Of a stretch of DNA of 32,515 bases, positions 21,024 through 30,585 are shown piece after piece. The stretch lies in the NCBI GenBank assembly GCA_042216015.1, contig JBDGUI010000006.1, forward strand, positions 9,205 through 41,719, in the 5' to 3' direction. The position numbers were made by a program, and so were the translations under genes. The notes under the pieces are model-generated. The model saw nothing but the letters and a program-made list of their open reading frames with translations, ran no database searches and was not told the DNA's origin. Each line of letters begins with the position of its first letter. The first letter of the stretch is position 1. Origin of the DNA: Halodesulfurarchaeum sp. Lineage in GTDB: Archaea > Halobacteriota > Halobacteria > Halobacteriales > Halobacteriaceae.

Positions 21024-22163
21024 ATGGATATTGCCGATATTGCGACGACGGATTACATCGAGGTTCCCGTCGACCGACGGCTGGGAAAGGTACGCTCGCT
21101 CTTCGAGAAGGAGCACCCAAAGGGGATCATCGTCACCGAGGACGGCGAATACCGGGGGGTCATCACCGAACGTGCACTCCTCCAGTCCCACGTGGAGGAC
21201 GACGCGAAGGCGGATGCCCTGGCGAATCACGCCCCGAAGGTCTCCCGAACCGAGGACATCCGGGAGACCGCCCGGATGCTCGTGGAGGGGAACACCAAGG
21301 TCGCCCCGGTCTTCGAGGACGGCTCGCTCTGGGGCATCGTCACGGAGGATCTGATCCTCGAGGCGGTCCTCGACAACCTCGACGCCCTCGACGTGGCGGA
21401 CATCTACACGACGAATCCAGTCACCATCTCCCAGGACGCGACGGTCGGCCGCGTTATCAACCTGCTCCGGGAGAACGGCGTCTCGCGGCTTCCCGTTCTC
21501 GATGACGGCGCCCTCTCCGGCGTCGTAACCGTTCACGACGTCGTCAACGTCGTCGTCCGGGACATGTCCAAGGCGACGGTCGGGGACCGCCGCGGCGAGG
21601 TCGAGCGCGTCCTCGACCTGCCGGTTTACGACATGATGTCGAGTCCCGTCGAGACCGTCACGCCGGGGGTCAGCGTCGAGGACGGGGTCCGTCGGATGCT
21701 CGAGGGGGACTTCGGCGGGCTCGTCGTCGTCGATCCCGAGGACGAGCGCCGGGTCGACGGCGTCCTGACGAAGACGGACGTGCTGCGGGCACTCACCTAC
21801 ACCGAGGAGTCCCAGATGGACGTCCAGATCACGAACATCGCCCTCCTCGATACCATCTCCAGGGCGGAGATCCGCGAGCAGATCACCGCCATCAGCGACA
21901 AGTACAGCGACATGCAGGTCCAGCACGCCCACGTCCGCTTCCACCAGCACAAGGAGAAACTCCGCGGGACGCCCCTCGTGCAGGCCCAGATCCGGCTGCG
22001 GACCAACCGCGGTCAGGTCGCCGGCACTGGCGAGGGCTACGGCGCCGACAACGCCTTCTACGTGGCCATCGACAAGCTCGAGCGAAACGTCCTCGAACTC
22101 AAGAACATTCGGGCGGACGAGGAGTACGAGGGTCAGTTACTGCGCAAGCTGAACGAGCTGTAA
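21024..22163 (+). CDS. 4xCBS-domain protein with C-terminal HPF/RaiA (S30AE)-like domain; putative ribosome hibernation factor
   Basis: CBS motifs (GVITERAL, GIVTEDLI, VSRLPVLDDGALSGVVTVHDV, GVLTKTDVL), then from Met265 MDVQITNI..HVRF..AQIRL..GYGADNAFYVAIDKLERNV. Confidence 0.8.
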   Translation: MDIADIATTDYIEVPVDRRLGKVRSLFEKEHPKGIIVTEDGEYRGVITERALLQSHVEDDAKADALANHAPKVSRTEDIRETARMLVEGNTKVAPVFEDGSLWGIVTEDLILEAVLDNLDALDVADIYTTNPVTISQDATVGRVINLLRENGVSRLPVLDDGALSGVVTVHDVVNVVVRDMSKATVGDRRGEVERVLDLPVYDMMSSPVETVTPGVSVEDGVRRMLEGDFGGLVVVDPEDERRVDGVLTKTDVLRALTYTEESQMDVQITNIALLDTISRAEIREQITAISDKYSDMQVQHAHVRFHQHKEKLRGTPLVQAQIRLRTNRGQVAGTGEGYGADNAFYVAIDKLERNVLELKNIRADEEYEGQLLRKLNEL

Positions 22164-22195
22164 CGCGGTTTCGCCGGGGAGGGAAGGTGCTTTTG

Positions 22196-22303
22196 GGATT
22201 CGCTCTGGACCGACCACCGATCCGGTCCTGATTCGTTCTGGACCGACCACCGATCCGGTCCGGATTCGCTCTGGACCGACTATCGGGACTGTCCGGATTC
22301 GAC
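22196..22303. repeat. 33-bp tandem repeat, about 3 copies, between convergent genes and overlapping the radB stop
   Basis: Unit ggattcgctctggaccgaccaccgatccggtcc at 22196, 22229 and (diverged) 22262. Confidence 0.9.
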
Positions 22304-22975
22304 GCCGCTCTCGGTGATGTGGAAGTCGACGCTTTCCCCCTCCGGTTTCGAACGGTGTTTCTCGAGGACCGCCTTCCGGTTCCCGCCGCGATAGCGGTCC
22401 AGGCGGACGATCGTGCCGGTCCAGTGAGAGAGCGTGTGGCCCCCGAGCGGGCGGGGTCGTCCGCTGTCGCTTTCGGGATCGCTGAAGACCTGGTTCGTGA
22501 GGACCACCGCGAGGTCGTGTTTTCGCGCCAGCCCGAGCAGGTGGGTGACCTGGTCGGCCACGGCCCGCAGGGCGTCACCCGTCTCCACGTCGGCGGCGCG
22601 CTTCACGCGATAGAACCCGGTCGCGCTGTCGAGGACGATCAGGTCGAGCTGGTCGCCGAACTCCGCGGCGTCCCGGACGGCCTCGGCCTGCTCCTCGAAG
22701 TCCACTGCCTCGCTCACGATCACGTTTCCCGCGGCGGCGTCCGGATCGGCGGTTTGCCCCTCGAGGATCTGCTCGAAGCGATCGATCGAGAGCCCCTCGG
22801 TGTCGATGTAGAGGGCCTGCCCGCCGCGGGCAGCGACGGCCACGGCGCTTGCCAGGGCGACGTTGGTCTTTCCCGCTCCCGGCGGCCCATAGAGCTGTGT
22901 CGCGGTTCCCCGCTCGAATCCCCCGCCGAGGAGGGAATCGAGTGCCGCACAGCCAGTGGGCACCTCGGCTGTCAC
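22280..22975 (-). CDS. radB: DNA repair and recombination protein RadB
   Basis: PTGCAALDSLLGGGFERG, YGPPGAGKTN, YIDTEG, LIVLDSATGFYR, VVLTNQV, and the RadB-specific KHR motif. GTG start inferred. Confidence 0.93.
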   Translation of the reverse strand: MTAEVPTGCAALDSLLGGGFERGTATQLYGPPGAGKTNVALASAVAVAARGGQALYIDTEGLSIDRFEQILEGQTADPDAAAGNVIVSEAVDFEEQAEAVRDAAEFGDQLDLIVLDSATGFYRVKRAADVETGDALRAVADQVTHLLGLARKHDLAVVLTNQVFSDPESDSGRPRPLGGHTLSHWTGTIVRLDRYRGGNRKAVLEKHRSKPEGESVDFHITESGVESGQSR

Positions 22976-23082
22976 AGCCACCGTTTCTCCGCCATCCCCT
23001 GAAAACCCCCCGGTCTTTCGCCCGGGCCGGCGCAACGTTCTTCCGTGGTGGCATCACACCCTAACACAACCCAATCGCGATC

Positions 23083-25311
23083 ATGAACGAAGTCCAACTC
23101 GAGGTGGCAAAGGCCTACCCGAACGACTCGGGCCGCGGCATCGCCCGCCTCGACCCCGACACGCTGTTGCACCTGAAACTCAGCCCCGGCGACATCATCG
23201 AGATCGAGGGGGCCGAATGGACCGCGGCGAAGGTCTGGCGGGCCGACCGCCAGGACTGGAACAGCGACACCGTCCGCATCGACGGGTTCACCCGCCAGAA
23301 CGCCGACGTCGGCATCGGCGAGCGCGTGACCATCCGCAAGGCCACGACCGAACCCGCCGAGCGGCTGGTGTTGGCCCCGCCGGAGGACGCGAGCGTCCAG
23401 TTCGGCTCCGACGCGGCCGGGATGGTCAAGCGCCAGATCCTCAAGCGCCCCGTCGTCGCCCGCGACATCGTCCCCGTGATGTCGAGCACGAACCACCCCT
23501 TCATGCGCTCGCCCGGGCAGGCGATCCCGCTGATCGCCGTCGAGACCGAGCCGGAGGGAACGGTGCTCGTCGACGAGGACACCGAGGTCGAGTTGCGCGA
23601 GGAGCCCATCGCCGGATTCGAGCGCACCGGCGGCGGCATCACCTACGAGGACATCGGCGGGCTGGAAAACGAGATCCAGCGCGTCAGGGAGATGGTCGAA
23701 CTCCCGATGAAACACCCGCAGGTGTTCAAGAAACTCGGGATCGAACCCCCACAGGGGGTGCTCCTCCACGGCCCGCCCGGAACGGGAAAGACCCTGCTCG
23801 CGAAGGCCGTGGCAAACGAGACCGCCGCGAGCTTCTTCTCCATCGCCGGCCCGGAGATCATCTCGAAGTACTACGGGGAAAGTGAACAGCAACTCCGGGA
23901 GATCTTCGAGGACGCCAAGGACGACTCCCCGGCGATCGTTTTCATCGACGAACTCGACTCCATCGCCCCCAAGCGCGAGGACGTGACCGGTGAGGTCGAG
24001 CGCCGGGTCGTCGCCCAGCTGCTGACGATGATGGACGGCCTCGAGGGCCGGGGCGAGGTCATCGTGATCGCGGCCACGAACCGCGTCGACGCGGTCGATC
24101 CCGCGCTCAGGCGGCCGGGTCGATTCGACCGCGAGATCGAGATCGGCGTCCCCGACGAGACCGGTCGGGAGGAGATCCTCCGCATCCACACCCGGGGGAT
24201 GCCCCTGGCCGACGAGGTGAGCCTCTCCGAGCTGGCCGATGACACCCACGGCTTTGTGGGCGCTGACATCGAGTCGCTCTCGAAGGAAGCCGCGATGCGC
24301 GCGCTGCGGCGGTATCTCCCCGAGATCGACCTCGACGAGCAGGACGTTCCACCGTCGCTCATCGATCGGATGATCGTCACGCAGGGGGACTTCGAGGGGG
24401 CGCTCAACGAGGTCGAACCGAGCGCGATGCGCGAGGTGCTGGTCGAGTTACCGAAGGTCTCCTGGGACGACGTGGGGGGTCTCGAAGACGTCAAGAGCCA
24501 GATCAAGGAGAGCGTCGAGTGGCCCCTCTCGGACGCGGCGGGCTTCGAGCGGCTCGGGGTCAACCCCCCGGCAGGGGTCCTCCTCTACGGGCCGCCGGGA
24601 ACGGGGAAGACGCTGATGGCGAAAGCGGTGGCCAACGAAACCGACGCCAACTTCATCAGCGTTCGGGGCCCCCAGCTCCTCTCGAAGTGGGTCGGGGAGA
24701 GCGAGAAGGCGATCAGGCAGACCTTCCGGAAGGCCCGGCAGGTCAGCCCGGCGGTCGTCTTCTTCGACGAACTCGACAGCCTCGCGCCCGGCCGGGGCCA
24801 GGACGCCGGCAACAACGTCTCCGAGCGCGTGGTCAACCAGCTGTTGACCGAACTCGACGGCCTCGAACAGATGGAGGGCGTGATGGTGATCGGGGCGACG
24901 AACCGCCCGGACATCATCGACCCCGCGCTCATCCGCTCGGGGCGGTTCGACCGGCTCGTGATGGTCGGCCAGCCCGACGAATCGGGGCGAGAGGAGATCC
25001 TCCGGATTCACACCGACGAGACGCCCCTGTCGCCGGACGTGAGTCTGCGCGAGATCGCCGAGCGCACCGAGGGCTACGTCGGCTCCGACCTGGCGACGGT
25101 CGCCCGGGAGGCCGCGATCGAGGCCCTCAGGGAGGATCCAGACGCGGAAACCGTCGAGATGTCACACTTCCGGGCCGCGATCGAGGACGTGCGCCCGACG
25201 GTGACCGACGACCTCCTCGAGTACTACGAGCGGGTCGAGGAGGACCTCACCGGCGGGACCGGCCCGGCCGTCGCCAGCAGGGATCAGGAGCGCCACATCG
25301 GATTCCAGTGA
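23083..25311 (+). CDS. cdc48: CDC48/p97/VAT family AAA+ ATPase
   Basis: N-domain [16 protein letters not shown]; two AAA modules (GPPGTGKT twice, FIDELDS and FFDELDS, PGRFDRE and SGRFDR); C-terminal HIGFQ. Confidence 0.97.
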   Translation: MNEVQLEVAKAYPNDSGRGIARLDPDTLLHLKLSPGDIIEIEGAEWTAAKVWRADRQDWNSDTVRIDGFTRQNADVGIGERVTIRKATTEPAERLVLAPPEDASVQFGSDAAGMVKRQILKRPVVARDIVPVMSSTNHPFMRSPGQAIPLIAVETEPEGTVLVDEDTEVELREEPIAGFERTGGGITYEDIGGLENEIQRVREMVELPMKHPQVFKKLGIEPPQGVLLHGPPGTGKTLLAKAVANETAASFFSIAGPEIISKYYGESEQQLREIFEDAKDDSPAIVFIDELDSIAPKREDVTGEVERRVVAQLLTMMDGLEGRGEVIVIAATNRVDAVDPALRRPGRFDREIEIGVPDETGREEILRIHTRGMPLADEVSLSELADDTHGFVGADIESLSKEAAMRALRRYLPEIDLDEQDVPPSLIDRMIVTQGDFEGALNEVEPSAMREVLVELPKVSWDDVGGLEDVKSQIKESVEWPLSDAAGFERLGVNPPAGVLLYGPPGTGKTLMAKAVANETDANFISVRGPQLLSKWVGESEKAIRQTFRKARQVSPAVVFFDELDSLAPGRGQDAGNNVSERVVNQLLTELDGLEQMEGVMVIGATNRPDIIDPALIRSGRFDRLVMVGQPDESGREEILRIHTDETPLSPDVSLREIAERTEGYVGSDLATVAREAAIEALREDPDAETVEMSHFRAAIEDVRPTVTDDLLEYYERVEEDLTGGTGPAVASRDQERHIGFQ

Positions 25312-25382
25312 GCTCGTCCGTCGTCGGACCCGAGGCCTCTCATCGGCGAACCGCGTGAAAACGAACGCTGACTCCGAAGCAC

Positions 25383-25769
25383 TCACTCCTCCGGCTCGTA
25401 GTCGACCGCGACCGCGTTGACCTGACCGGTCTGGCCCGGACGGGAGGTCACGCGGGCGTATCCGAGTTCGGTCTCGATGATGGCGCCCTTGGTGATGATG
25501 TTCCGCCGCGCGTAGTTGGGGTTTGCGGGATTGTCGACGACGTTCTCGATGTCGACCCGCCGGGTCTCGCCGTCCTCCGTGACGTTCGCGACGTCGGTCG
25601 CGAGTGCCCGAATCTTCGTCGTGTTGCCACGGGCGTCGACGGTCCGGTAGGCCGGCTCGTCGAACTGGGTCTCGGTCGGGTTTCGTCCGAGCTGCTGTTT
25701 CTTCTTCGTCCCGTGGGGGTGGATGCGACCACCGGTCTTGGTTCGCGTGGAGCGACCCTGATCTTGCAT
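25383..25769 (-). CDS. rps8e: 30S ribosomal protein S8e
   Basis: MQDQGRSTRTKTGGR, NPANPNYARRNIITKGAIIETELG, RVTSRPGQTGQVNAV. Confidence 0.97.
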   Translation of the reverse strand: MQDQGRSTRTKTGGRIHPHGTKKKQQLGRNPTETQFDEPAYRTVDARGNTTKIRALATDVANVTEDGETRRVDIENVVDNPANPNYARRNIITKGAIIETELGYARVTSRPGQTGQVNAVAVDYEPEE

Positions 25770-25874
25770 ATCTCTAAAGAACTCCAGCCCGCACTAAAAC
25801 CCCTCGTTTCCTGCCCCCTCGGTTCGCTGTGGCGGATGGCAACCGTTTAGGGCCGGGCGGCCGTTCGTCCGTCG

Positions 25875-26321
25875 ATGAGTCTCCGCGTCGCCGTGGCCGC
25901 GCCGTTCAAGCGGGCAGGCCGGGACCGCCTCGCCGAGCAGGCCTTCGTGGTGGATCTGGCCGTGGATCGCAACTGGGTTTCCCCCGACCAGGCAAAGCGC
26001 CTCGTCGAACTCGGGACGGCCCGGGGGCTCCTCGAGCGCGAGGCCGATGATCTCCTCGTGACCTTCGACGCGGCCGAGCAGCCGATACCGGAAGGGTTCA
26101 CCCCCGACGAGACGCTCTTCCAGCGCCGGTCGCCGGTCGAGGTCGTCATCGACGCGCTCGTCGAGGCCGGGACCGACAGACGGGAGGCCGTCGCCTCGAT
26201 CAACGGCCTCCAGCAGGAACTGTCGATCACCGCCGGCACAGCCGCCGTACTGCACGCCAGACGGGCCGGCCTCGAGGTTCCCGAAGCCGAGACCGACGTG
26301 AAACGGGAGTTGCGATCCTGA
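25875..26321 (+). CDS. DUF2240 family protein
   Basis: MSLRVAVAAPFKRAG..FVVDLAVDRNWVSPDQAKRLV..IPEGFTPD. Confidence 0.85.
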   Translation: MSLRVAVAAPFKRAGRDRLAEQAFVVDLAVDRNWVSPDQAKRLVELGTARGLLEREADDLLVTFDAAEQPIPEGFTPDETLFQRRSPVEVVIDALVEAGTDRREAVASINGLQQELSITAGTAAVLHARRAGLEVPEAETDVKRELRS

Positions 26322-26689
26322 TGGTCGAGGAGGAAATCCGCGATTCGGACCGGATCGCGACGCTCCTGCGGGCCGAACTCGAGGGGCTTGCGGGCCCGCC
26401 GTTCGAATCGCTCGCGGTGGCGGACCGGACGGAGACAGCGGATCTCGGCGACCCCGCCTTCGACGTGCGTCTCGGCGGGAAATCGGTTTTTACGGCAACG
26501 AAACAGGACGATCGGCTCGTCCTCGAGTTCTCTCAGCAGCCGGATGCCGTTCTCGACGCTGCGGAGACGGCCGGATTGCCGGCCAGGCCGAAGGCGACCC
26601 ATCCGCCGACGACGGTGATCTTCGTCGAGCGGGCGGCGGCGGTAAAGCGCGTGATTGATGTGCTCCGGGGGACCCACGACTCCCAATGA
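26321..26689 (+). CDS. Conserved haloarchaeal hypothetical protein
   Basis: 122 aa ORF overlapping both neighbours (TGATG and ATGA); RIATLLRAELEG and LPARPKATHPPTTVIFVE. Confidence 0.75.
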   Translation: MVEEEIRDSDRIATLLRAELEGLAGPPFESLAVADRTETADLGDPAFDVRLGGKSVFTATKQDDRLVLEFSQQPDAVLDAAETAGLPARPKATHPPTTVIFVERAAAVKRVIDVLRGTHDSQ

Positions 26690-27489
26690 GCTTCTTCTCG
26701 GCTCTCGCGGATCGCATCGACCGGATCGACAGCGTCCTCAGCGTCGGGCTGGATCCCGATCCGGACCGGCTCCCCGCCTCGGTCGGGGACGCCGATCTTC
26801 CGCGCTGGGCGTTCAACCGCCGGATCATCGACGCGACTCACGAGTACGCCGCGGCGTACAAACCGAACGCCGCCTACTACGAGGATCCGGACGGCTGGCG
26901 GGCCCTCCGGGAGACGGTGGCCTACGCGGAGGGGAAGGGCGTGCCAGTCGTGCTCGACGCCAAGCGAGGCGACATCGGCAATACGGCCCGGCGGTACGCC
27001 GAACTCCTCGACGACGTCGACGCCATCACGGTCAATCCCTATCTCGGCGGCGACTCGCTCCAGCCGTTCCTCTCCCGGGCCGAGCGGGGCGTCTTCGTGC
27101 TCTGTCGCACCTCGAATCCGGGGGGCGGGGACCTCCAGGACCGCGAACTCGCCTCCGGGCGGCGGGTCTACGAGCGGGTCGCCGACCTCGCGCTTGGCTG
27201 GAACGAGCACGGGAACGTCGGGCTCGTCGTTGGCGCGACGGCTCCCGAGGAACTCGAATCGCTCCGCGAACAGGTCCCCGAACTTCCCTTCCTCGTCCCC
27301 GGCGTCGGTGCCCAGGGTGGAGACGTCGAGGCGGCAGCCACGGCGGGTCTCGCAGACGGCGTCGGCCTCGTGAACTCCTCACGGGGGATCATCTTCGCCG
27401 GCGAGGACGGCGAGGAGTGGGCCCGGACGGCGGGCGTGGCCGCCCGGCGGCTCCGGGATCGCCTCAACGAGCACCGGACAGACGCCTGA
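26686..27489 (+). CDS. pyrF: Orotidine-5'-phosphate decarboxylase
   Basis: SVGLDPD, YKPNAAYYE, VLDAKRGDIGNT, TVNPYLG, LCRTSNPG, GLVVGAT, LVPGVGAQGG, VNSSRGII. Confidence 0.96.
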   Translation: MSFFSALADRIDRIDSVLSVGLDPDPDRLPASVGDADLPRWAFNRRIIDATHEYAAAYKPNAAYYEDPDGWRALRETVAYAEGKGVPVVLDAKRGDIGNTARRYAELLDDVDAITVNPYLGGDSLQPFLSRAERGVFVLCRTSNPGGGDLQDRELASGRRVYERVADLALGWNEHGNVGLVVGATAPEELESLREQVPELPFLVPGVGAQGGDVEAAATAGLADGVGLVNSSRGIIFAGEDGEEWARTAGVAARRLRDRLNEHRTDA

Positions 27490-27566
27490 GCGGGATCGGA
27501 ACGTGGAGGGGTGCGTCGCCCGCTCGCGGGGGTAGGCTTAACTCCCGCGCCTGACAACTCGCGAGC

Positions 27567-29162
27567 ATGGCCGGTGACAGGGCCCTGCTTCGCGAGGCCC
27601 TCTCGAAGGGCGAACGAACGGACGGCCGGGTCGAATTCAAGGAGCGGCTCTCCCGGGAGGTCCACCTCTCGGAGGGTCGCTTCGAGAGCCTGGCCGCACA
27701 ACTCCGTCACCGGGTCCTCTCCGGTGACGGCGAGGCGACCTACGTGGTCGGGGTCACCGACGAGGGGCACGTGGCCGGCATTCCACCGGGGGAGTTCTCC
27801 GAGTCGATGGAGGTCCTGAACCTGATCGCCGAGGAGGCCGGTGCCCACCTCGCCGACGTCGAGACCTGGGGGGCAGAGGGCGGGATCGTCGGCGTGGCGA
27901 CCGTGCGAGATGGCGGCTCCCTCGAGATCGCCTCGGACCACCTCATCGTCGGCACCGCCGGCCACGTCGACCACGGCAAGAGCACGCTCGTCGGCAGTCT
28001 CGTGACGGGTCGCCCGGACGACGGCGAGGGCGGCATGCGCTCGTACCTCGACGTGAAGCCCCACGAGGTCGAACGCGGCCTGAGCGCGGATCTCTCCTAT
28101 GGGGTCTACGGCTTCGACGAGGCAGGCCCCGTCCGGGTGGACAAACCCGACCGGAAATCCGACCGGGCCACGGTCGTCGAATCGGCCGATCGCGTGGTCT
28201 CCTTCGTCGACACGGTTGGCCACGAACCGTGGCTCTCGACGACGATCCGCGGCCTGCTCGGCCAGAAACTCGATTACGGCCTGTTGACCGTCGCCGCCGA
28301 CGACGGGCCGACCGAGACGACCCGGGAGCACCTCGGGGTCCTGCTGGCGACCGACCTGCCCACGATCGTCGCGATCACGAAGACCGATCTCGTCTCCGAG
28401 GATACCGTCGAGGAGGTCCAGCGAGACATCGAGCGCCTGCTCAGACAGGCCGGGCGGAGCCCGCTCTCGGTCGCCCGTCACGGCGTCAGGGCGGCCCTTG
28501 CTGAGATCGGCGACGGCGTCGTCCCGATCGTCCGGACGAGCGCTGTGACGATGGAGGGGCTTCCGACGCTGGACACGATGTTCGAGGAATTGCCGAAGAC
28601 GGCCGCTGCAGGGGGTGAATTCCGGATGTACATCGACCGCACCTACCGGATCACGGGCGTCGGACCGGTGGCCTCCGGGACGATCGAATCCGGGACGGTC
28701 GCCGCCGGCGATGACCTGCTCGTCGGTCCGCTCCCGGATGGGTCCTTCGAGCCGGTCGAGGTCCGCTCGATCGAGATGCACTACCATCGCGTGGATCGGG
28801 CGGAGGCGGGACGGATCGTCGGCATCGCGCTCACGGGGATCGAGGAGGCCGACCTCGAACGGGGGATGGCTCTCGTTCCCCGGTCGAGCGATCCGACGCC
28901 GACCCGACGCTTCGAGGCCGAGGTCATGGTCCTCAACCATCCGACCCGCATCCACGCGGGCTACGAACCGGTGGTCCACCTCGAGACGGTGAGCGAGGCC
29001 GCCCGATTCGAGCCACTCGATGGCCAGCTCCTTCCGGGGGACACGGGTGAGACCGAGGTCGAATTCAAGTTCAACCCCTATCTCGTCGAACCGGGCCAGC
29101 GCTTCGTGTTCCGGGAGGGCCGAAGCAAGGGGGTCGGCACGGTGACCGGGCGGCTCGACTGA
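27567..29162 (+). CDS. Translational GTPase, GTPBP1/GTPBP2-like (EF-Tu superfamily)
   Basis: AGHVDHGKSTL, HEVERGLS, FVDTVGHE, ITKTD, EF-Tu domains II and III, FVFREGRSKGVG; N-terminal extension. Confidence 0.9.
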   Translation: MAGDRALLREALSKGERTDGRVEFKERLSREVHLSEGRFESLAAQLRHRVLSGDGEATYVVGVTDEGHVAGIPPGEFSESMEVLNLIAEEAGAHLADVETWGAEGGIVGVATVRDGGSLEIASDHLIVGTAGHVDHGKSTLVGSLVTGRPDDGEGGMRSYLDVKPHEVERGLSADLSYGVYGFDEAGPVRVDKPDRKSDRATVVESADRVVSFVDTVGHEPWLSTTIRGLLGQKLDYGLLTVAADDGPTETTREHLGVLLATDLPTIVAITKTDLVSEDTVEEVQRDIERLLRQAGRSPLSVARHGVRAALAEIGDGVVPIVRTSAVTMEGLPTLDTMFEELPKTAAAGGEFRMYIDRTYRITGVGPVASGTIESGTVAAGDDLLVGPLPDGSFEPVEVRSIEMHYHRVDRAEAGRIVGIALTGIEEADLERGMALVPRSSDPTPTRRFEAEVMVLNHPTRIHAGYEPVVHLETVSEAARFEPLDGQLLPGDTGETEVEFKFNPYLVEPGQRFVFREGRSKGVGTVTGRLD

Positions 29163-29195
29163 GCCAGGGCCATCGAACCAGTCTCCTCTCGTCGG

Positions 29196-30131
29196 TCACT
29201 CGAGTCCGAAACTGTCCGCGAGCACGGATTCGTGCACCTCGCCCGCGGTGTGGGTGGGCCCGTCGACGACGTCGATGGTGACCTGGGCCGGGCCGAAGAC
29301 CGCGGGATCGATCGCGGAGAGCTCCCAGTCGACGTGTTCGTAGATGTCGACGAACGGCTCCCCGTAGGTCACGGCCGCGGTGGAGGCGACGTCCTCAAGC
29401 ACCGCGTCGTCCCGCCGGACGGTGAGGTGGCCCTGTCCGCCGTACACCACGCTGTCGTTGACACGCCCCATCGCGGTCTCCTCGTCACCTGGCACGGGCG
29501 GGATCGGGGCGGAGCCGCTCGCGGTCAACACGTCCCTGGGATCATACCCCAGTTCGAAGAGGCGGAACACGGCCAACTCCGCGACCCGACCGGCCCCGCT
29601 GACGCTCCCAGCGACACTCGCGGTGCGGTAGGCGGGCAGATAGACGGTCTCGGGGGCGACCCCGCTCCGCTCGGCGACGTGGGCCGCGACCGATGCGGTG
29701 GGGAGGACGTCGGATTCGACGGCCAGTACGGCCAGATCGAAGGCGTCTGCGTAATCCAGGGCCTGGAACTCGGTCTCCTCGGCCACGAGGGCCCTGGCGG
29801 GACCGCTTCCCAGCCCCTCGAAGCCCTCGTGGGTCAGCTCCCAGCCCGACTTCTGGGATCCCAGAAGCGCCAGGCCGGGCTGGTCGGTCGTCAGTTCGAC
29901 GTGGGGGAATGGCGATCCGGAAACGGTGTCCATGCGGGTCTGGACGGTGGCGAGCCCGGCCGTCTGGAGTTCTGTCAACAAAAGGCCGGCCTCGATGCCG
30001 GCATCTGCGTCGACGCCGAAGTCGATCGCGGTGGCGCCGTTCTCGAGCTGGTGGGGGATGACCCCCAGTTCGTCGGCGAACTCGAGGGCCTCGTCGGCCA
30101 ACTCGATCGCCATCCGATTGAGACTCTCCAT
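29196..30131 (-). CDS. mch: Methenyltetrahydromethanopterin cyclohydrolase
   Basis: MESLNRMA, LLGSQKSGW, GSGPARAL, AMGRVNDSVVYGG, IDPAVFGPA. Confidence 0.92.
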   Translation of the reverse strand: MESLNRMAIELADEALEFADELGVIPHQLENGATAIDFGVDADAGIEAGLLLTELQTAGLATVQTRMDTVSGSPFPHVELTTDQPGLALLGSQKSGWELTHEGFEGLGSGPARALVAEETEFQALDYADAFDLAVLAVESDVLPTASVAAHVAERSGVAPETVYLPAYRTASVAGSVSGAGRVAELAVFRLFELGYDPRDVLTASGSAPIPPVPGDEETAMGRVNDSVVYGGQGHLTVRRDDAVLEDVASTAAVTYGEPFVDIYEHVDWELSAIDPAVFGPAQVTIDVVDGPTHTAGEVHESVLADSFGLE

Positions 30132-30269
30132 ACCCCCGAGTTTTCGGCCTTTGGCTAAAGGACTTTGCGTGGGCAGGGCCCTGTCGGTCGACCACGACCA
30201 TCGAGACTGTGCCGATTCCCACTCTTTCGGTTTCGGAGATACTGTTTTCAGGTGTGCACACTAATCACA

Positions 30270-30536
30270 ATGCAGGAAGACACCATGCAATAAAAACTGG
30301 ATCGGCTCGAATCGATAATCGACCGTCTGACCGAGGATCAGCCGATCGAGGAGGACGAACTCAGGGACATCGCCGGGGATCTGGAGACGGGGAAGAAATA
30401 CACCTGTGCGAGCTGTGCGATGTACTGCACCGGCGAGAACATCATGGTCATCTACGATCACGACGCGGACGAGTTCATCCAGATCGAGGCCCCGATGGAC
30501 GAGTCCCAGCCGATCTCGGTCACCCGCGTGAGCTGA
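30270..30536 (+). pseudogene. 88-codon acidic protein gene with CxxCxxxC motif and in-frame TAA at codon 8
   Basis: MQEDTMQ*KLDRLESIIDRLTEDQPIEEDELRDIAGDLETGKKYTCASCAMYCTGENIMVIYDHDADEFIQIEAPMDESQPISVTRVS*; haloarchaeal codon usage; absent from the ORF track. Confidence 0.65.
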
Positions 30537-30585
30537 ATCGGGGAGAAAGAGGAGCCTTCTTGTCCGGGTCGATCCCAGGGCCGAT

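Noticed and set aside
22196..22303. Possible mini-CRISPR (33-bp partly palindromic repeats)
   Set aside because: The units are head-to-tail with no unique spacers, overlap radB, and no cas genes are present.
23083..25311. Intein in Cdc48, RadB or CarB
   Set aside because: Protein lengths are normal and no intein splice-junction or LAGLIDADG motifs are visible.
27567..29162. SelB or EF-1alpha assignment
   Set aside because: It lacks the SelB C-terminal extension and EF-1alpha signatures; the N-terminal extension and motifs fit the GTPBP1/2-like family.
29196..30131. mch as evidence of methanogenesis
   Set aside because: mch homologs are common in haloarchaea, and no other methanogenesis genes are in the window.
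30291..30293. Programmed stop-codon recoding (Sec/Pyl) in the CxxCxxxC gene
   Set aside because: The codon is TAA, not TGA or TAG; a nonsense mutation or sequencing error is more parsimonious.
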